In this document: positions 47,697 through 57,583 of the stretch, piece after piece | Numbering within the stretch: position 1 is the stretch's first letter | Layout of the letters: each line of letters starts with the position of its first letter | Origin: Candidatus Poribacteria bacterium | GTDB taxonomy: Bacteria > Poribacteria > WGA-4E > WGA-3G | Assembly (NCBI GenBank): GCA_965198235.1 | Contig: OZ240248.1 | Span: 4,960,001 to 5,024,000, forward strand | DNA length: 64,000 bases | Direction of reading: 5' to 3' | Notes under the pieces: model-generated | Told to the model about the DNA's origin: nothing | The model's database searches: none | The model's input: the letters and a program-made list of their open reading frames with translations, nothing else | Translations under genes and position numbers: made by a program

Positions 47697-48377
47697 TCAA
47701 TTCAGTGTTTCAATCCATTCACTGAGCACCCGTGCCATCTCTACGAAAACGTCTTCTTCCGTTTTGCGCGAGCGTTTTAGTACTTTGAACCCGTGATCCG
47801 CCGTATCCAGTAGATGTAAGGTCGCCTTGTCGCCAAGGTTTTCGCAGACTGGAGCTAACAGGTCGAGGACCGCCAATTTGTCGCGGGTACCGGACAGGAA
47901 CAGCATCGGCACGGTAACATCGTCAAGATGCTCTGCGCGTTCCGTTCCCTCTCTTCCAGAAGGGTGTAGCGGGAAGGCGAAGAATACGAGACCTCGGACG
48001 TGTTCGATCGGGGCTTCTGCGGCTGTGAGCGAAGACATACGTCCACTATAGGAATGTCCCCCAACGAGAATTGATAAATTATTGGCAGCCTCGTGTGCAG
48101 CTGCAACCGCAGATCGCACTGTTGCCAGAGCCACGGCTTGCGATTCCCTCCCACCGCCGCCACGTTCCATGTAAGGGAACTGATAACGGAATGTGGCGAT
48201 TCCTATATCTGCCAACCGTTCAGCGATTGTCTGGAGTGTTGAATGTCTCATAGTCGTACCTGCGCCGTGTCCGAGCACCAACAGCCATTTCGCGTCGTCT
48301 GGAAGTATCAGTATTGAGGAGACCTCGCCTTTTTCTGGCGTTGCGATGAACTTCGATTCAATTGTTTCATAACTCAT
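47697..48377 (-). CDS. Alpha/beta hydrolase (KANL3/Tex30-like)
   Basis: LGHGAG, FPYM, GGHSYSGR, FPLHP, GTRD, ADHGF. Confidence 0.88.
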   Translation of the reverse strand: MSYETIESKFIATPEKGEVSSILILPDDAKWLLVLGHGAGTTMRHSTLQTIAERLADIGIATFRYQFPYMERGGGGRESQAVALATVRSAVAAAHEAANNLSILVGGHSYSGRMSSLTAAEAPIEHVRGLVFFAFPLHPSGREGTERAEHLDDVTVPMLFLSGTRDKLAVLDLLAPVCENLGDKATLHLLDTADHGFKVLKRSRKTEEDVFVEMARVLSEWIETLN

Positions 48378-48403
48378 TTTCTACACCTCTCAAATCAAAA
48401 TAC

Positions 48404-48660
48404 TTGACATACTCCCACAACTAAAGCAGTGGGAGTCTGAGAGAATCCATCGCTTTTCTGTGTGGATTGTGGGGTTCCGACTTCGGATGAAGCCTACGAA
48501 AGTTGCTTGCGATCACAAGTCTGACACCTTCTAACCCAAAGGTTGATGCCCCAACCTTGAGAATGTTTATCGCAGCGTTTACGTCGCGATGATGTTTTCG
48601 TTTGCAACCGCTACACTGCCACTTGCGAACCTCTAAGTCTATCAGCATATTAACGTGGTT
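48404..48660 (-). mobile_element. IS200/IS605 remnant: 3' end of tnpB plus intact right end
   Basis: KWQCSGC..HHRDVNAAINILKVGAST, then hairpin CTCCCACTGCTTTAGTTGTGGGAG-TATGTCAA. Confidence 0.85.
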
Positions 48661-48661
48661 T

Positions 48662-49300
48662 TTATCCGGCACTTAAACACTGCTGCACAATATCTCGGTA
48701 GGTTTCTAATCCGACTGTCTTCAACCCTTTCACCTTTGCGAGATCGTCCCATCGCCGTAAGCTGAGCGCGTCTCGGAAATGGGGGATCTGTTCAAAGGCG
48801 TTTCGCTCCTCATCCGACAGGATACCCCCTTGGAGTTTGAGACTCCTTTTTGATGCCTCGGATAACCCGTCATAGTAAGATGCATCGGTTGTACACAAGT
48901 ACCTTTTCGCCGGAACGTGCAGCCGGACCGGTGTTGTAACCGCTTCTGGAAAAAAGGGTTCCAGATACTGCGCGCCGACCTCCTCATGAGTCAGATCCGT
49001 GTCGAGAAAGGCTTTATCAGCATTATGTTCATCTAAGATGATATGCCCGATGTCGTGGAGTAATGCGCCCGTAATCAGCGTGGGACTTGCGTCGTTCCGA
49101 TGTGCGAGGGCGGCGCATTGGAGCGCGTGCTCTAACTGCGTCACGACTTCATCGTAGAACGATTGCCCGCGTTTTTCCATATAACTGAACAGCGTGCCAA
49201 TCTTTTGTTCTGCTGTCCCACTTCTCATTTTCTGCGCGAGACTTGGATCAATGTACTTTTCAATGTCGCTTGAAAGCAGAGATTTGTTATCAAAAGTCAT
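48662..49300 (-). CDS. phnZ: HD-domain diiron oxygenase of phosphonate catabolism (PhnZ/TmpB type)
   Basis: VTQLEHALQCA, ALLHDIGH, HEEVGA, HVPAKRYLC, LSEASKRSL..QGG, LRRWDD.AK. Confidence 0.85.
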   Translation of the reverse strand: MTFDNKSLLSSDIEKYIDPSLAQKMRSGTAEQKIGTLFSYMEKRGQSFYDEVVTQLEHALQCAALAHRNDASPTLITGALLHDIGHIILDEHNADKAFLDTDLTHEEVGAQYLEPFFPEAVTTPVRLHVPAKRYLCTTDASYYDGLSEASKRSLKLQGGILSDEERNAFEQIPHFRDALSLRRWDDLAKVKGLKTVGLETYRDIVQQCLSAG

Positions 49301-50075
49301 GATTCACCGATTTCCCTTGAAAATGTGCGATTTTGCTAATTTGTTTGTCCCGGTTTGAGCCATCTTTTGCGTATTGCAAGAAAGCCTGCCGTTTGTCTGC
49401 GTAATACTGCTCACGCCAGTCGCCTTGGGAACTGGCGTTGTAGGTGAGATAGATAATTCGTCTCGGTTGGTCTGAACGGTTTGTAGGACTCTTGTGCGGG
49501 ATGTACGATCCGAAGAGGAGAATATCCCCCGGATCTGTCGGTACGGCGACCCACTCCATCGTCGAAGCGGTTTCAGGGGCGACACACCCCTTTTCGTCCA
49601 ATGCGATGAACCCTTCTTGGTGTCTGCCTGCGGCAAAAGAGAGGCAGCCGCTTTCCGGAGTCGCTGAATCCACCGAAATTAGACAGGTGATATGGAAGTT
49701 GACGAACTCGTAAGCGGGCGCGTCCTGATGCGCCGCGTAGCCACCGCCGCCGGGATACTTGTAATTGATTTTCTCTTTGTAGAGCACCGCTGGTTCTTCC
49801 ATCAACTCGGAAACGACATCTAACACTTTGCCACGCGTCACGGTGGCTTTCATACCGGTGTGGTACGGCACAAAATTTTCTGAACGAGAGAGTCGCGCAC
49901 CATCCCGTGTAGATTCGTAGTGATGCATCCACTTATCGGGTGTCGGTTCCCAACCCGAAATTTCAGAGACCCACGCCTGTAGATCGTCCACCTCTTCAGT
50001 GGAGAAGAAGCCCAGAACTTTCAAGTAGCCGTTGGTTTTCCAATCTCGGTGGAGTTCGGAATTAAGGTAAGACAT
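49290..50075 (-). CDS. phnY: Fe(II)/2-oxoglutarate dioxygenase, PhyH family (PhnY type)
   Basis: KEKINYKYPGGGGYAAHQD, PHKS..N.S..PRR..YLTYN. Overlaps phnZ. Start ATG 50075 after AAGAGG. Confidence 0.8.
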   Translation of the reverse strand: MSYLNSELHRDWKTNGYLKVLGFFSTEEVDDLQAWVSEISGWEPTPDKWMHHYESTRDGARLSRSENFVPYHTGMKATVTRGKVLDVVSELMEEPAVLYKEKINYKYPGGGGYAAHQDAPAYEFVNFHITCLISVDSATPESGCLSFAAGRHQEGFIALDEKGCVAPETASTMEWVAVPTDPGDILLFGSYIPHKSPTNRSDQPRRIIYLTYNASSQGDWREQYYADKRQAFLQYAKDGSNRDKQISKIAHFQGKSVNHDF

Positions 50076-50232
50076 AATCCTCTTCTTTGCGAATAATCCT
50101 GTTGTTCTGCAAGTATAGCGTGCAGGCACTCTTTTGTCAAATTTTAGGGGTTTTGGTGCGGATCCGTTCAAAAAGGAGTGCGCATGCGACCTCCCAAGGA
50201 GTTCGGAGGCCGCACCAATTGGATTAAGGAGT

Positions 50233-52032
50233 TTAATCTGGGTTGGCATTGAATTGGAGGACGTTCATCGTGTTGTCAACTGCCATTTGGTAACTCCATC
50301 CACCTGTGTAGTCCCCTGAATGGACAGTTACGGTATTCCATCCTGCTTTCAGCGGTAATTCAACATAGGCTCTACCGGAAAACAGATGCTCTCCAGGTCT
50401 CGCTGCAGTACTCAACTCAACGCCGTTAATGAAGAGTCTGCCGAGGTTGCTTCCCCAACGGATTTCTGCAAAAACCTTCCGTGCGTCAGGGCTTTTGATG
50501 TGGGTTACCCCATAAGCGGATGCCCACTCAGGCTTATCAAAAACCCCATCCAAGTTAACGGATCCCGAATCAACGTGGTGTTCCTGCCACTGGATGTCTC
50601 CATGCTTCCCTTGGTAGGTTTTATCAGCAGACTTGTCGTATGTGGGTGGGATTTCAGCGACGAAATCCGACGGAACGATATTCGATGCAGCAAGTTCCTC
50701 TGGAACATCAAGCCTGAAGGTACCAAGAAGCATCCAATCGGTGAGTTGCTGCATCACCGATGGTTCAACCGGATAAACCATTTCGGTTCGCCGGTACAGT
50801 TGTTCACCACCGTACAGCACAGAATAGTCATAAATTGGCAAAGGCAGCAGTGCCTCCGATGCTGCAGAGAGAACAACACTTCCTGTCGCGTCCTGCCCGG
50901 GTTTGAGAACAAATGCAAGCTGATTTGGTGCTATTTGCCAGTTTTCACTTGAATGGAAAACGAGGTCGACCTCGACATCTTTTTCCAACTTATTTTTCAA
51001 CGCGATTTCAAGTTTTCCATTAGAAGAGAGAAGTTCCGGTTCAATTTTAAGTTGAGACTTAAGTGTGATTAAATCTCTGAGTTTCTCTTTGAATTCAGCA
51101 GTTGAAAGGTCAGCAGAATAGATGTTTCCAGGTTCAACGATAGCGACATTAATTTCGTTTCCATCTACTGTCACGATACTGTAATGATCAAAGGCACCGT
51201 ATTCCCGCACTTCTCGCTGTGTGAATCCACCACCTGTTGCGCCGAGTACGAAGTATCGCCGGTCGTTGCGCGTGTGCAACGTCAAGTTATGATAGTGTCC
51301 AGCGAACACGGTGTATGCCCGATCGGCGAGTGCATCTTCAAATTGTGACCAGCCGGAGTCTTCATGTAGCCATGCCGGTTTGTGTAGCATGACGAAGGTA
51401 TGGCGTACATCCTTGTGCTGCACTAATTTGTCCGTTATATATGCGATCTGGGCATCGCCAAACCATGTTCCTGTCCATCCCTCACTGTCTTCAGGTAGAC
51501 TGTGTTTTTCTTCTGTGTTGAGTAGGAGAAATAGACAGCCTTTATAGGTAAATGCTGAATAGGTGCGTCCAAGATGTTTCTGCCAATAGTCGTACATCAT
51601 CGGATTTGTAATATCGTGATTGCCCGGCAGCGGCAGAAATGGGACGATTAGATCGGATTCGTGTTGCCAGAATTCTTTCCATTCCGTTTCGACCTGCGCC
51701 ACGTCACTTGTATACCCTTGTATCAAATCCCCCACCATAATGGCGAAGTCGGGTTTCAGAACATTGATTTCATCGATTGCCCGGTCAAATATGTGCCACT
51801 TGTCGTAACCTCCTCCTGTTTTATCACCGATAATAGCGAAACTGAACTTGTCTGGATCGTCCGAGAATGGACGTTCAACGATCGGCATTCGCTCTGGAAA
51901 ATTGGGTGTTTGGGCGGTGACTATAGTGATAGTGCCAAGGATAAGGGCAAGGCATAAAACAAGGCCTGCTGCAATTTTAGCGAAACTTAACGATTTCCAA
52001 GATTGCGCCGTCTGTTTATACGTACGAAACAT
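50233..52032 (-). CDS. Secreted calcineurin-like metallophosphoesterase with C-terminal beta-rich domains
   Basis: IGD, GDLIQG, GNHD, MLHKP, FAGHYH, N-terminal signal sequence. Confidence 0.88.
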   Translation of the reverse strand: MFRTYKQTAQSWKSLSFAKIAAGLVLCLALILGTITIVTAQTPNFPERMPIVERPFSDDPDKFSFAIIGDKTGGGYDKWHIFDRAIDEINVLKPDFAIMVGDLIQGYTSDVAQVETEWKEFWQHESDLIVPFLPLPGNHDITNPMMYDYWQKHLGRTYSAFTYKGCLFLLLNTEEKHSLPEDSEGWTGTWFGDAQIAYITDKLVQHKDVRHTFVMLHKPAWLHEDSGWSQFEDALADRAYTVFAGHYHNLTLHTRNDRRYFVLGATGGGFTQREVREYGAFDHYSIVTVDGNEINVAIVEPGNIYSADLSTAEFKEKLRDLITLKSQLKIEPELLSSNGKLEIALKNKLEKDVEVDLVFHSSENWQIAPNQLAFVLKPGQDATGSVVLSAASEALLPLPIYDYSVLYGGEQLYRRTEMVYPVEPSVMQQLTDWMLLGTFRLDVPEELAASNIVPSDFVAEIPPTYDKSADKTYQGKHGDIQWQEHHVDSGSVNLDGVFDKPEWASAYGVTHIKSPDARKVFAEIRWGSNLGRLFINGVELSTAARPGEHLFSGRAYVELPLKAGWNTVTVHSGDYTGGWSYQMAVDNTMNVLQFNANPD

Positions 52033-52380
52033 TTAATTTTCAGCCTCCTCTGAATGCGGGGTAAAGGTTCTCACTAATTTCCTTTGTTTCAACAGCGTCA
52101 CGTGTTGAAAACTCTATCAATGCTGTGTCGGTGTCATGAAAATACGTCACTTTCACTGGGGTTCTCCCTTAAAATTCCTGTCGAAAAAGGCGTTATGAAG
52201 GATGCGGCATAAAAACCATCTCACTTTCAAAAAACGGGCATTTAGATTTTAAAGATAGGATAGAGTATCTACACAAATTGCGTGTATCTGCTGGCTGACG
52301 AGGTTTTCAACTTTGCCTTTTTCTACACAGTTCATGGAAGTGTCTGTAGCTACCACAGGCAACTACAGACATTCACTGCA

Positions 52381-53034
52381 TTAAATCGAAAAACTACCGA
52401 CAAAGACGTTGTTCTCTGTGCCACTTTGCTGCCATGTCACCGGGAGGTGAGTGTCCTTATAGCGATAAACTTCGGATTTACCGACAATGGCGTTCTGAAT
52501 CGTTGTCAGCGGTTTGTACCAGATCTGATGGGGTTGTGTACATCCGGCACACGGATAGCGGTTGGCAGAAAGTTTGAGAACTTCGCCAACGGTTACATCA
52601 TATTTGGTGCCTTTTTTCGTGAATTCAATGGAAGCGGTCTGGGTCGCGACGACTCCGCCCAAAACATCAGCGTATTTCGTCGTGAGCATATCGCTGAGCG
52701 CGGCACGCTGTTCCGGCGTAGTGCTTGGATCCATGTACAGTACACTCTTACGGGTTTTGGTCTCGATTGCCAAGTTGTTTTTCGCACTAACGACGGCGAC
52801 GACGGTTAGGTTCTCCAGCGAAACGTCATTCCAACTTCCATTCTGAACGTTCCAGACCAGGGTTGCCTCTCTGCCACCTTCCACATATTCGGCACCAAAG
52901 TGGCATGCCCCGACATAAACACTCGCAGAACGGGCTTCAATGTATTCGCCTTGCACAGTAGGTGATTCGGTCGCAAAAGCGAAACCTGCTATGAAGGTCA
53001 GCGCGAGTATTGTCAAAACAAAGATATTTCTCAT
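52381..53034 (-). CDS. Secreted DUF1326-like protein
   Basis: Signal peptide ending AFA, GEYIEARSASVYVGACH, PEQRAAL. Start ATG 53034 after GGGAG. Confidence 0.7.
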   Translation of the reverse strand: MRNIFVLTILALTFIAGFAFATESPTVQGEYIEARSASVYVGACHFGAEYVEGGREATLVWNVQNGSWNDVSLENLTVVAVVSAKNNLAIETKTRKSVLYMDPSTTPEQRAALSDMLTTKYADVLGGVVATQTASIEFTKKGTKYDVTVGEVLKLSANRYPCAGCTQPHQIWYKPLTTIQNAIVGKSEVYRYKDTHLPVTWQQSGTENNVFVGSFSI

Positions 53035-53317
53035 CTTGATTTCTCCCTTTTTTTGGGGATTTACCTTACTAAACACAATAGTAACATTATAGCCATTTAA
53101 CCTTAACCCTTATTATATCTTAAATAAATTAAAAAAGCAATCTTTTTTATAATTGTTTATTTACCCCATTTTTTATAGGAGGTTTGTGTTGAAAAGGTAT
53201 TGATAGAAAATGTATAGGAAAGTCAGGACTAAATTTAAACGGATCATTACTATATTTTTCCTTACATCTGGGACGGTTAAAAGACCACACCTCCCTGGAA
53301 TTAGGACTGAGGTAGCG

Positions 53318-54172
53318 TTATTTCCCGGCTTCCGCTAATAGGCGATGGAGCGTTCCGCCTAAAATCTCTGCTTTGTCTGCCTCTGGAATAAACGTACAGT
53401 GTGTTCGGAACGCCTCAAGCGCGTGTTGATAGGTCATAAAGTTCCGAACAACTGGGTAGTCGGACCCCCAACAGAGACGACCGGGACCGAAGTGTTCATA
53501 GAGTGCGCGCACAATCCAGTGCGTATCTGATTGTGGATAATCCCACGAGACCTGTGAGACATAAGCGAAACCCGACATCTTGATATGAATGTTCGGCACG
53601 TTTCCCGATGCAAGCACCTGCTTGAGTTGTGGATACGGATACTCTTCACCGGCTCGCGCACCACCCATGTGATGGCACAGAAATGGCACAGTCGGGAACT
53701 GCGCTGCGAGTTTTCCGAGTGCCTCGTGCTGATGGCTTCCCATAGCGATGCTGGCGATTAGCCCTAATTCGGCGGTCGTTTGGAAGAAACGTTGCCCTTC
53801 CTCTGAAAAGAACCAACTCCCATCGTCATCACCTCTGAGATAGTGGGTATAGCCTTTGAGGGCGTACGCTTCCGCTGCAGTTTTCAATCGATCAGCTGCA
53901 CCATCCGTATGATACGTCTCTGTCCATGAGCAGTCCACATCAGCGAATTGGATGAGCCGCTCAGGGTAGCGTTTGACGCACGCTGCGACGTAATCGTTGT
54001 TTTCGGGGTTCCGATCGATGCGTGCGCAGATAAGCACAGCCCTGTCGATGTCGTGCAGATCCATTTCGTGGAGCAGTTGTTCAACCTTGCCACGGCTCTC
54101 ATCATCAGGAACGGGCGGTTGATAGGGCCACCGGGGCCATGCGTGGGTATGTGAATCAATTATTATCGTCAT
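53318..54172 (-). CDS. Amidohydrolase family 2 protein
   Basis: IDSHTH, CHHMG, KMSG, WGSDYP. Confidence 0.9.
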   Translation of the reverse strand: MTIIIDSHTHAWPRWPYQPPVPDDESRGKVEQLLHEMDLHDIDRAVLICARIDRNPENNDYVAACVKRYPERLIQFADVDCSWTETYHTDGAADRLKTAAEAYALKGYTHYLRGDDDGSWFFSEEGQRFFQTTAELGLIASIAMGSHQHEALGKLAAQFPTVPFLCHHMGGARAGEEYPYPQLKQVLASGNVPNIHIKMSGFAYVSQVSWDYPQSDTHWIVRALYEHFGPGRLCWGSDYPVVRNFMTYQHALEAFRTHCTFIPEADKAEILGGTLHRLLAEAGK

Positions 54173-54362
54173 TTCTCATCCTGTGCAGCACACTACACAA
54201 ATGTCGCCCCGCTGGGGCTAAAGAGCATATATTCACAGCACATTCTATAGACGCCTTGAAAGGTATTTCCACCTGAGAACGCGCTTCCTGTTGTGAAAAA
54301 TACGTCCATTTTTCTAAAATTGACACCTATGGTGCGTTTGTCCCTCAACTCCGTTGGAATTT

Positions 54363-54782
54363 CTAAGGGCTTATAATGTATTTTTGCTTAAGTGCTTCTA
54401 TTTCTCGTGACAATTCTTCTATTTTTCTGTCTTGTGCCCGTTCGTTTTGTCCCCGCCACGCGATGATAATCTGCGGGATGCCTACAGTTACAACAATGAG
54501 AATTATGAGCGCGGATACGAATCCTATGACCAAGGTAAGCCGTTTGTCAAAACTCTCAAATTTGGTGTCAACATACCCTTTCATATTCAACTCGGATTTC
54601 GCTATTTCTTCTCTGAGCCGCGTCTCAGATGCAGCAATTTCTTTTCTGAGCTGCGTCTCAGATGCAGAAACCTCCTCTTTAACAATCAAACGAATTTTGT
54701 CAAGATCTTGAGAAGTTAAGTCCCCAACGGCGGATGGCACGATCACCAAAAATGCAGTATAGAAAAATATAGTAAATTTCAT
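54363..54782 (-). CDS. Small coiled-coil membrane protein with 11-aa repeats
   Basis: Signal-like N-terminus, SASETQLRKEI/AASETRLREEI, C-terminal TM. Start ATG 54782 after AAGGAG. Confidence 0.7.
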   Translation of the reverse strand: MKFTIFFYTAFLVIVPSAVGDLTSQDLDKIRLIVKEEVSASETQLRKEIAASETRLREEIAKSELNMKGYVDTKFESFDKRLTLVIGFVSALIILIVVTVGIPQIIIAWRGQNERAQDRKIEELSREIEALKQKYIISP

Positions 54783-54883
54783 CACAAACTCCTTTTTCAC
54801 ATATAGTACATCACATTTTTGGGACTTTGTCAACTTGAAATTTGATTTGGGGTCGGGGCTATTCGTTTTCAGCGGTCAGTAAG

Positions 54884-54908
54884 ATCGCGAGCACAGCTCG
54901 CTCCTACA
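54884..54908 (-). repeat. GTAG-type REP palindrome
   Basis: Identical to 17036-17060. Confidence 0.85.
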
Positions 54909-54917
54909 ACAAACGGT

Positions 54918-56447
54918 TCACTTTAATCCCAGCATCAGGGCACCCAACTCTTGTTTGTTTGTTTCTGCAGGCTTCACAACACCGACAATTTTGCCATCGT
55001 ACATCACTGCGATCCTGTCGCTAAGGTGAAGGAGTTCGTCTAATTCAGAGGAGACGAGTAAAACGGCTTTGGCGCGGTTACGGGCATGAATAAGCCGTGT
55101 GTGGACGAATTCCGCTGCATGGATGTCTAAGCCTCGTGTTGGGTGCGCAGCAATGATAACTTCAGGATGTGCCTCTAACTCGCGCGCGACGACGACCTTC
55201 TGCTGATTCCCACCGGAAAGGGTCCGTATCGGATCTGTGATATCTCCAACACGAATTTGGTATTTGTCGAGGGCATTCAGTGCATACCGTTGAATTGATT
55301 TTCGCTGAAGCAGTTCATAGCGGCAGAATCGACTGTGTTTATGATGTCCGATGATGAAGTTATCGTCAATTCGGTCGTTCAAACTAATACCGTGTCGGTG
55401 TCTATCGGCGGGGACGTGCGCGATCGGTTCCCCGTTTAGCGTGAGCCTACCGCTATCAATCTGCCGTAACCCTGTCAGGACCTGAACGAGTTCCATTTGT
55501 CCGTTCCCTTCCACGCCTGCTATGCCGACAATTTCACCGGGGAACACCTCAAGGTTAACTTCGTTGAGATGTCGTTTGTTGGACGCTCTATTTGTCAGGA
55601 CCTTTTTCCATTTATGCCTTCTTATAACGTCAGAACCTCCAGTGAGTGTGACGTTTTCCAAACGGAGCAGAGGTGTTGCGCCTGTCGTCTGTTCTCGCGT
55701 CACAGAGGCAGGGATAACAGGTTCGCCGAGAATTATTTCCGCCAACGTTGCCGGATCGGTATCGTCGATCGGACAGGAGGCGACGGCTTGCCCGCGTCGC
55801 ATTACCGTGACGGTGTCGGCGATTGCCATCACTTCATCGAGTTTGTGTGTGATGATAATGAGGCTTTTCCCTTCACTTTTGAGGTTGCGCATACAATTAA
55901 AAAGTCCTTCGACCTCTTGTGGTGCGAGCACGGCTGTCGGTTCATCCATGATGAGGATGTCTGCACCGTGGTAGAGGACTTTCAGGATTTCGGTGTGTTG
56001 TTGTGCACCAATCGGCAGAGATTCAACAGAGGTGTTCAGTGGTACATCGAAACCGAGCTGCGCTGCAAGCACTGCAATCTGTTCTCCTGCCTGTTGATAA
56101 TCAAGGAGCGCACCAAATTTGCGAGGCTCTTTGGCAAGGACGATGTTTTGAAGAGCCGTGAAGACGGGAATGAGCGTGAAGTGCTGCTGGACCATTCCCA
56201 AACCGAGGTGCATCGCGCGCCGTGGCGAGGAGATAATTACGGCACGTCCATCGACGAAAATCTCGCCTGCATCGGGTTGATACAGACCGTAGAGGATTTT
56301 CATCAGGGTAGACTTGCCTGCTCCGTTTTCGCCAACAATCGCGTGGATCTCACCCCGATGGAGCGTGAAATCTACAGCGTCGTTTGCCTGCACTTGTCCA
56401 AAATGCTTGCTGATGCCACGCATCTTGATGATTGGTGGATGTGTCAT
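54918..56447 (-). CDS. Nucleoside/simple-sugar ABC transporter ATP-binding protein (two NBDs)
   Basis: GENGAGKSTLM, MDEPTAVL, ITHKL, GVEGNGQ, LSGGNQQK, PTRGLD. Confidence 0.93.
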   Translation of the reverse strand: MTHPPIIKMRGISKHFGQVQANDAVDFTLHRGEIHAIVGENGAGKSTLMKILYGLYQPDAGEIFVDGRAVIISSPRRAMHLGLGMVQQHFTLIPVFTALQNIVLAKEPRKFGALLDYQQAGEQIAVLAAQLGFDVPLNTSVESLPIGAQQHTEILKVLYHGADILIMDEPTAVLAPQEVEGLFNCMRNLKSEGKSLIIITHKLDEVMAIADTVTVMRRGQAVASCPIDDTDPATLAEIILGEPVIPASVTREQTTGATPLLRLENVTLTGGSDVIRRHKWKKVLTNRASNKRHLNEVNLEVFPGEIVGIAGVEGNGQMELVQVLTGLRQIDSGRLTLNGEPIAHVPADRHRHGISLNDRIDDNFIIGHHKHSRFCRYELLQRKSIQRYALNALDKYQIRVGDITDPIRTLSGGNQQKVVVARELEAHPEVIIAAHPTRGLDIHAAEFVHTRLIHARNRAKAVLLVSSELDELLHLSDRIAVMYDGKIVGVVKPAETNKQELGALMLGLK

Positions 56448-56449
56448 CT

Positions 56450-57427
56450 CTACTGCCGTTCGTATGGGACAATAATGTCGCCCGAGATAATTTTCGCTTT
56501 AAATGCTTCGACCTGTTCCAAAATCTCGTCCGGGAGAAGGGCACGGTTGACATCATCAACGATGTACTCAACACCCCCCTCTTTAAGCCCGTAATTTTTC
56601 AAACCGCCAGAGAAATTCCCTTCTTGGACGCTCTTTATCGTCTCATAAACCGATATTTCCACGCCTTTGATAACACTCGTGAGGACTAAACCGGGGGCGA
56701 GGTTGTTACCGTTAGAATCGACCCAGATAATAGATTTTTGTGTCGCTTTTGCTGCCTCAAGAACACCCAGACCACTCGCACCTGCAGCCGCAAGGATAAT
56801 GTCAATTCCACGGTTGTATTGCGTGAGAGCGAGTTCTTTCGCTTTCGCTGGATCGTTGAATGCTTGCGGTGTAACACCTACGTAATCCGCTACCAGTTCA
56901 AGATCGGGATTTGTTGCCTTAATACCGGCGCGATAGCCGATTTCAAAAGCCTCAACCAGCGGCACCTTCATCCCTCCGATGAAACCTATCTGCTTTGTCT
57001 CTGTTTTCAACGCTGAAATGACCCCTGCGAGAAATGTGCCTTCGTGTGCTCGGTAGGTCAGCGAGGCGACGTTGGGTTGTTCTATGACTGCGTCGATAAG
57101 CGCGAACTTAACATCCGGGAAATCGCTTGAGACACGATTCATCGGTTCTTGAAAAAGGAAACCGACCCCGATGATAAGATCGTATTTCAGTTTCGCGAGC
57201 CTGCGGAGCGTCAACTCGGTATCTGTGCTGAGGCTTGGGGTAACCTCTGTGAGTTTAAATCCCCATTCGTCTTCTGCTTTTTTCGCGCCTGCGTAGGCGG
57301 CATCACAGAATGAGAGATCGCCGCGCCCGGTGACATCGTAGATGAGACCGACTTTCAGTGCCGCGGATGCCGTTTCTATCATAGCAAAGCATACGATAAA
57401 AAGTGTGATTAAAATCCTTATACGCAA
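56450..57427 (-). CDS. BMP family ABC transporter substrate-binding protein
   Basis: GRGDLSF, IIGVGF, IGFIGG, FNDPAKAKE, AAGASGLG, IWVDS. Confidence 0.92.
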   Translation of the reverse strand: MRIRILITLFIVCFAMIETASAALKVGLIYDVTGRGDLSFCDAAYAGAKKAEDEWGFKLTEVTPSLSTDTELTLRRLAKLKYDLIIGVGFLFQEPMNRVSSDFPDVKFALIDAVIEQPNVASLTYRAHEGTFLAGVISALKTETKQIGFIGGMKVPLVEAFEIGYRAGIKATNPDLELVADYVGVTPQAFNDPAKAKELALTQYNRGIDIILAAAGASGLGVLEAAKATQKSIIWVDSNGNNLAPGLVLTSVIKGVEISVYETIKSVQEGNFSGGLKNYGLKEGGVEYIVDDVNRALLPDEILEQVEAFKAKIISGDIIVPYERQ

Positions 57428-57583
57428 AATGTTTTCCTTTCTAATTCCGTAGTTCTATGATGGAGAGAGCCTAAGACTATCTCAATACTATTTAACATAC
57501 ACGATAATTGGGTCAAATGCAAGTGTTATTGTGGTTCTAATGCCCTTGTGAAGCTATTTGGTTTTTCATACTTCAAGTTAGTC

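Noticed and set aside
55380-55660. Apparent indels in the second domain of the nucleoside ABC ATPase
   Set aside because: The frame and key motifs are intact, so this cannot be distinguished from ordinary loop variation without an alignment.
55497-56594. 365-aa + strand ORF
   Set aside because: Antisense shadow of the ABC ATPase gene.
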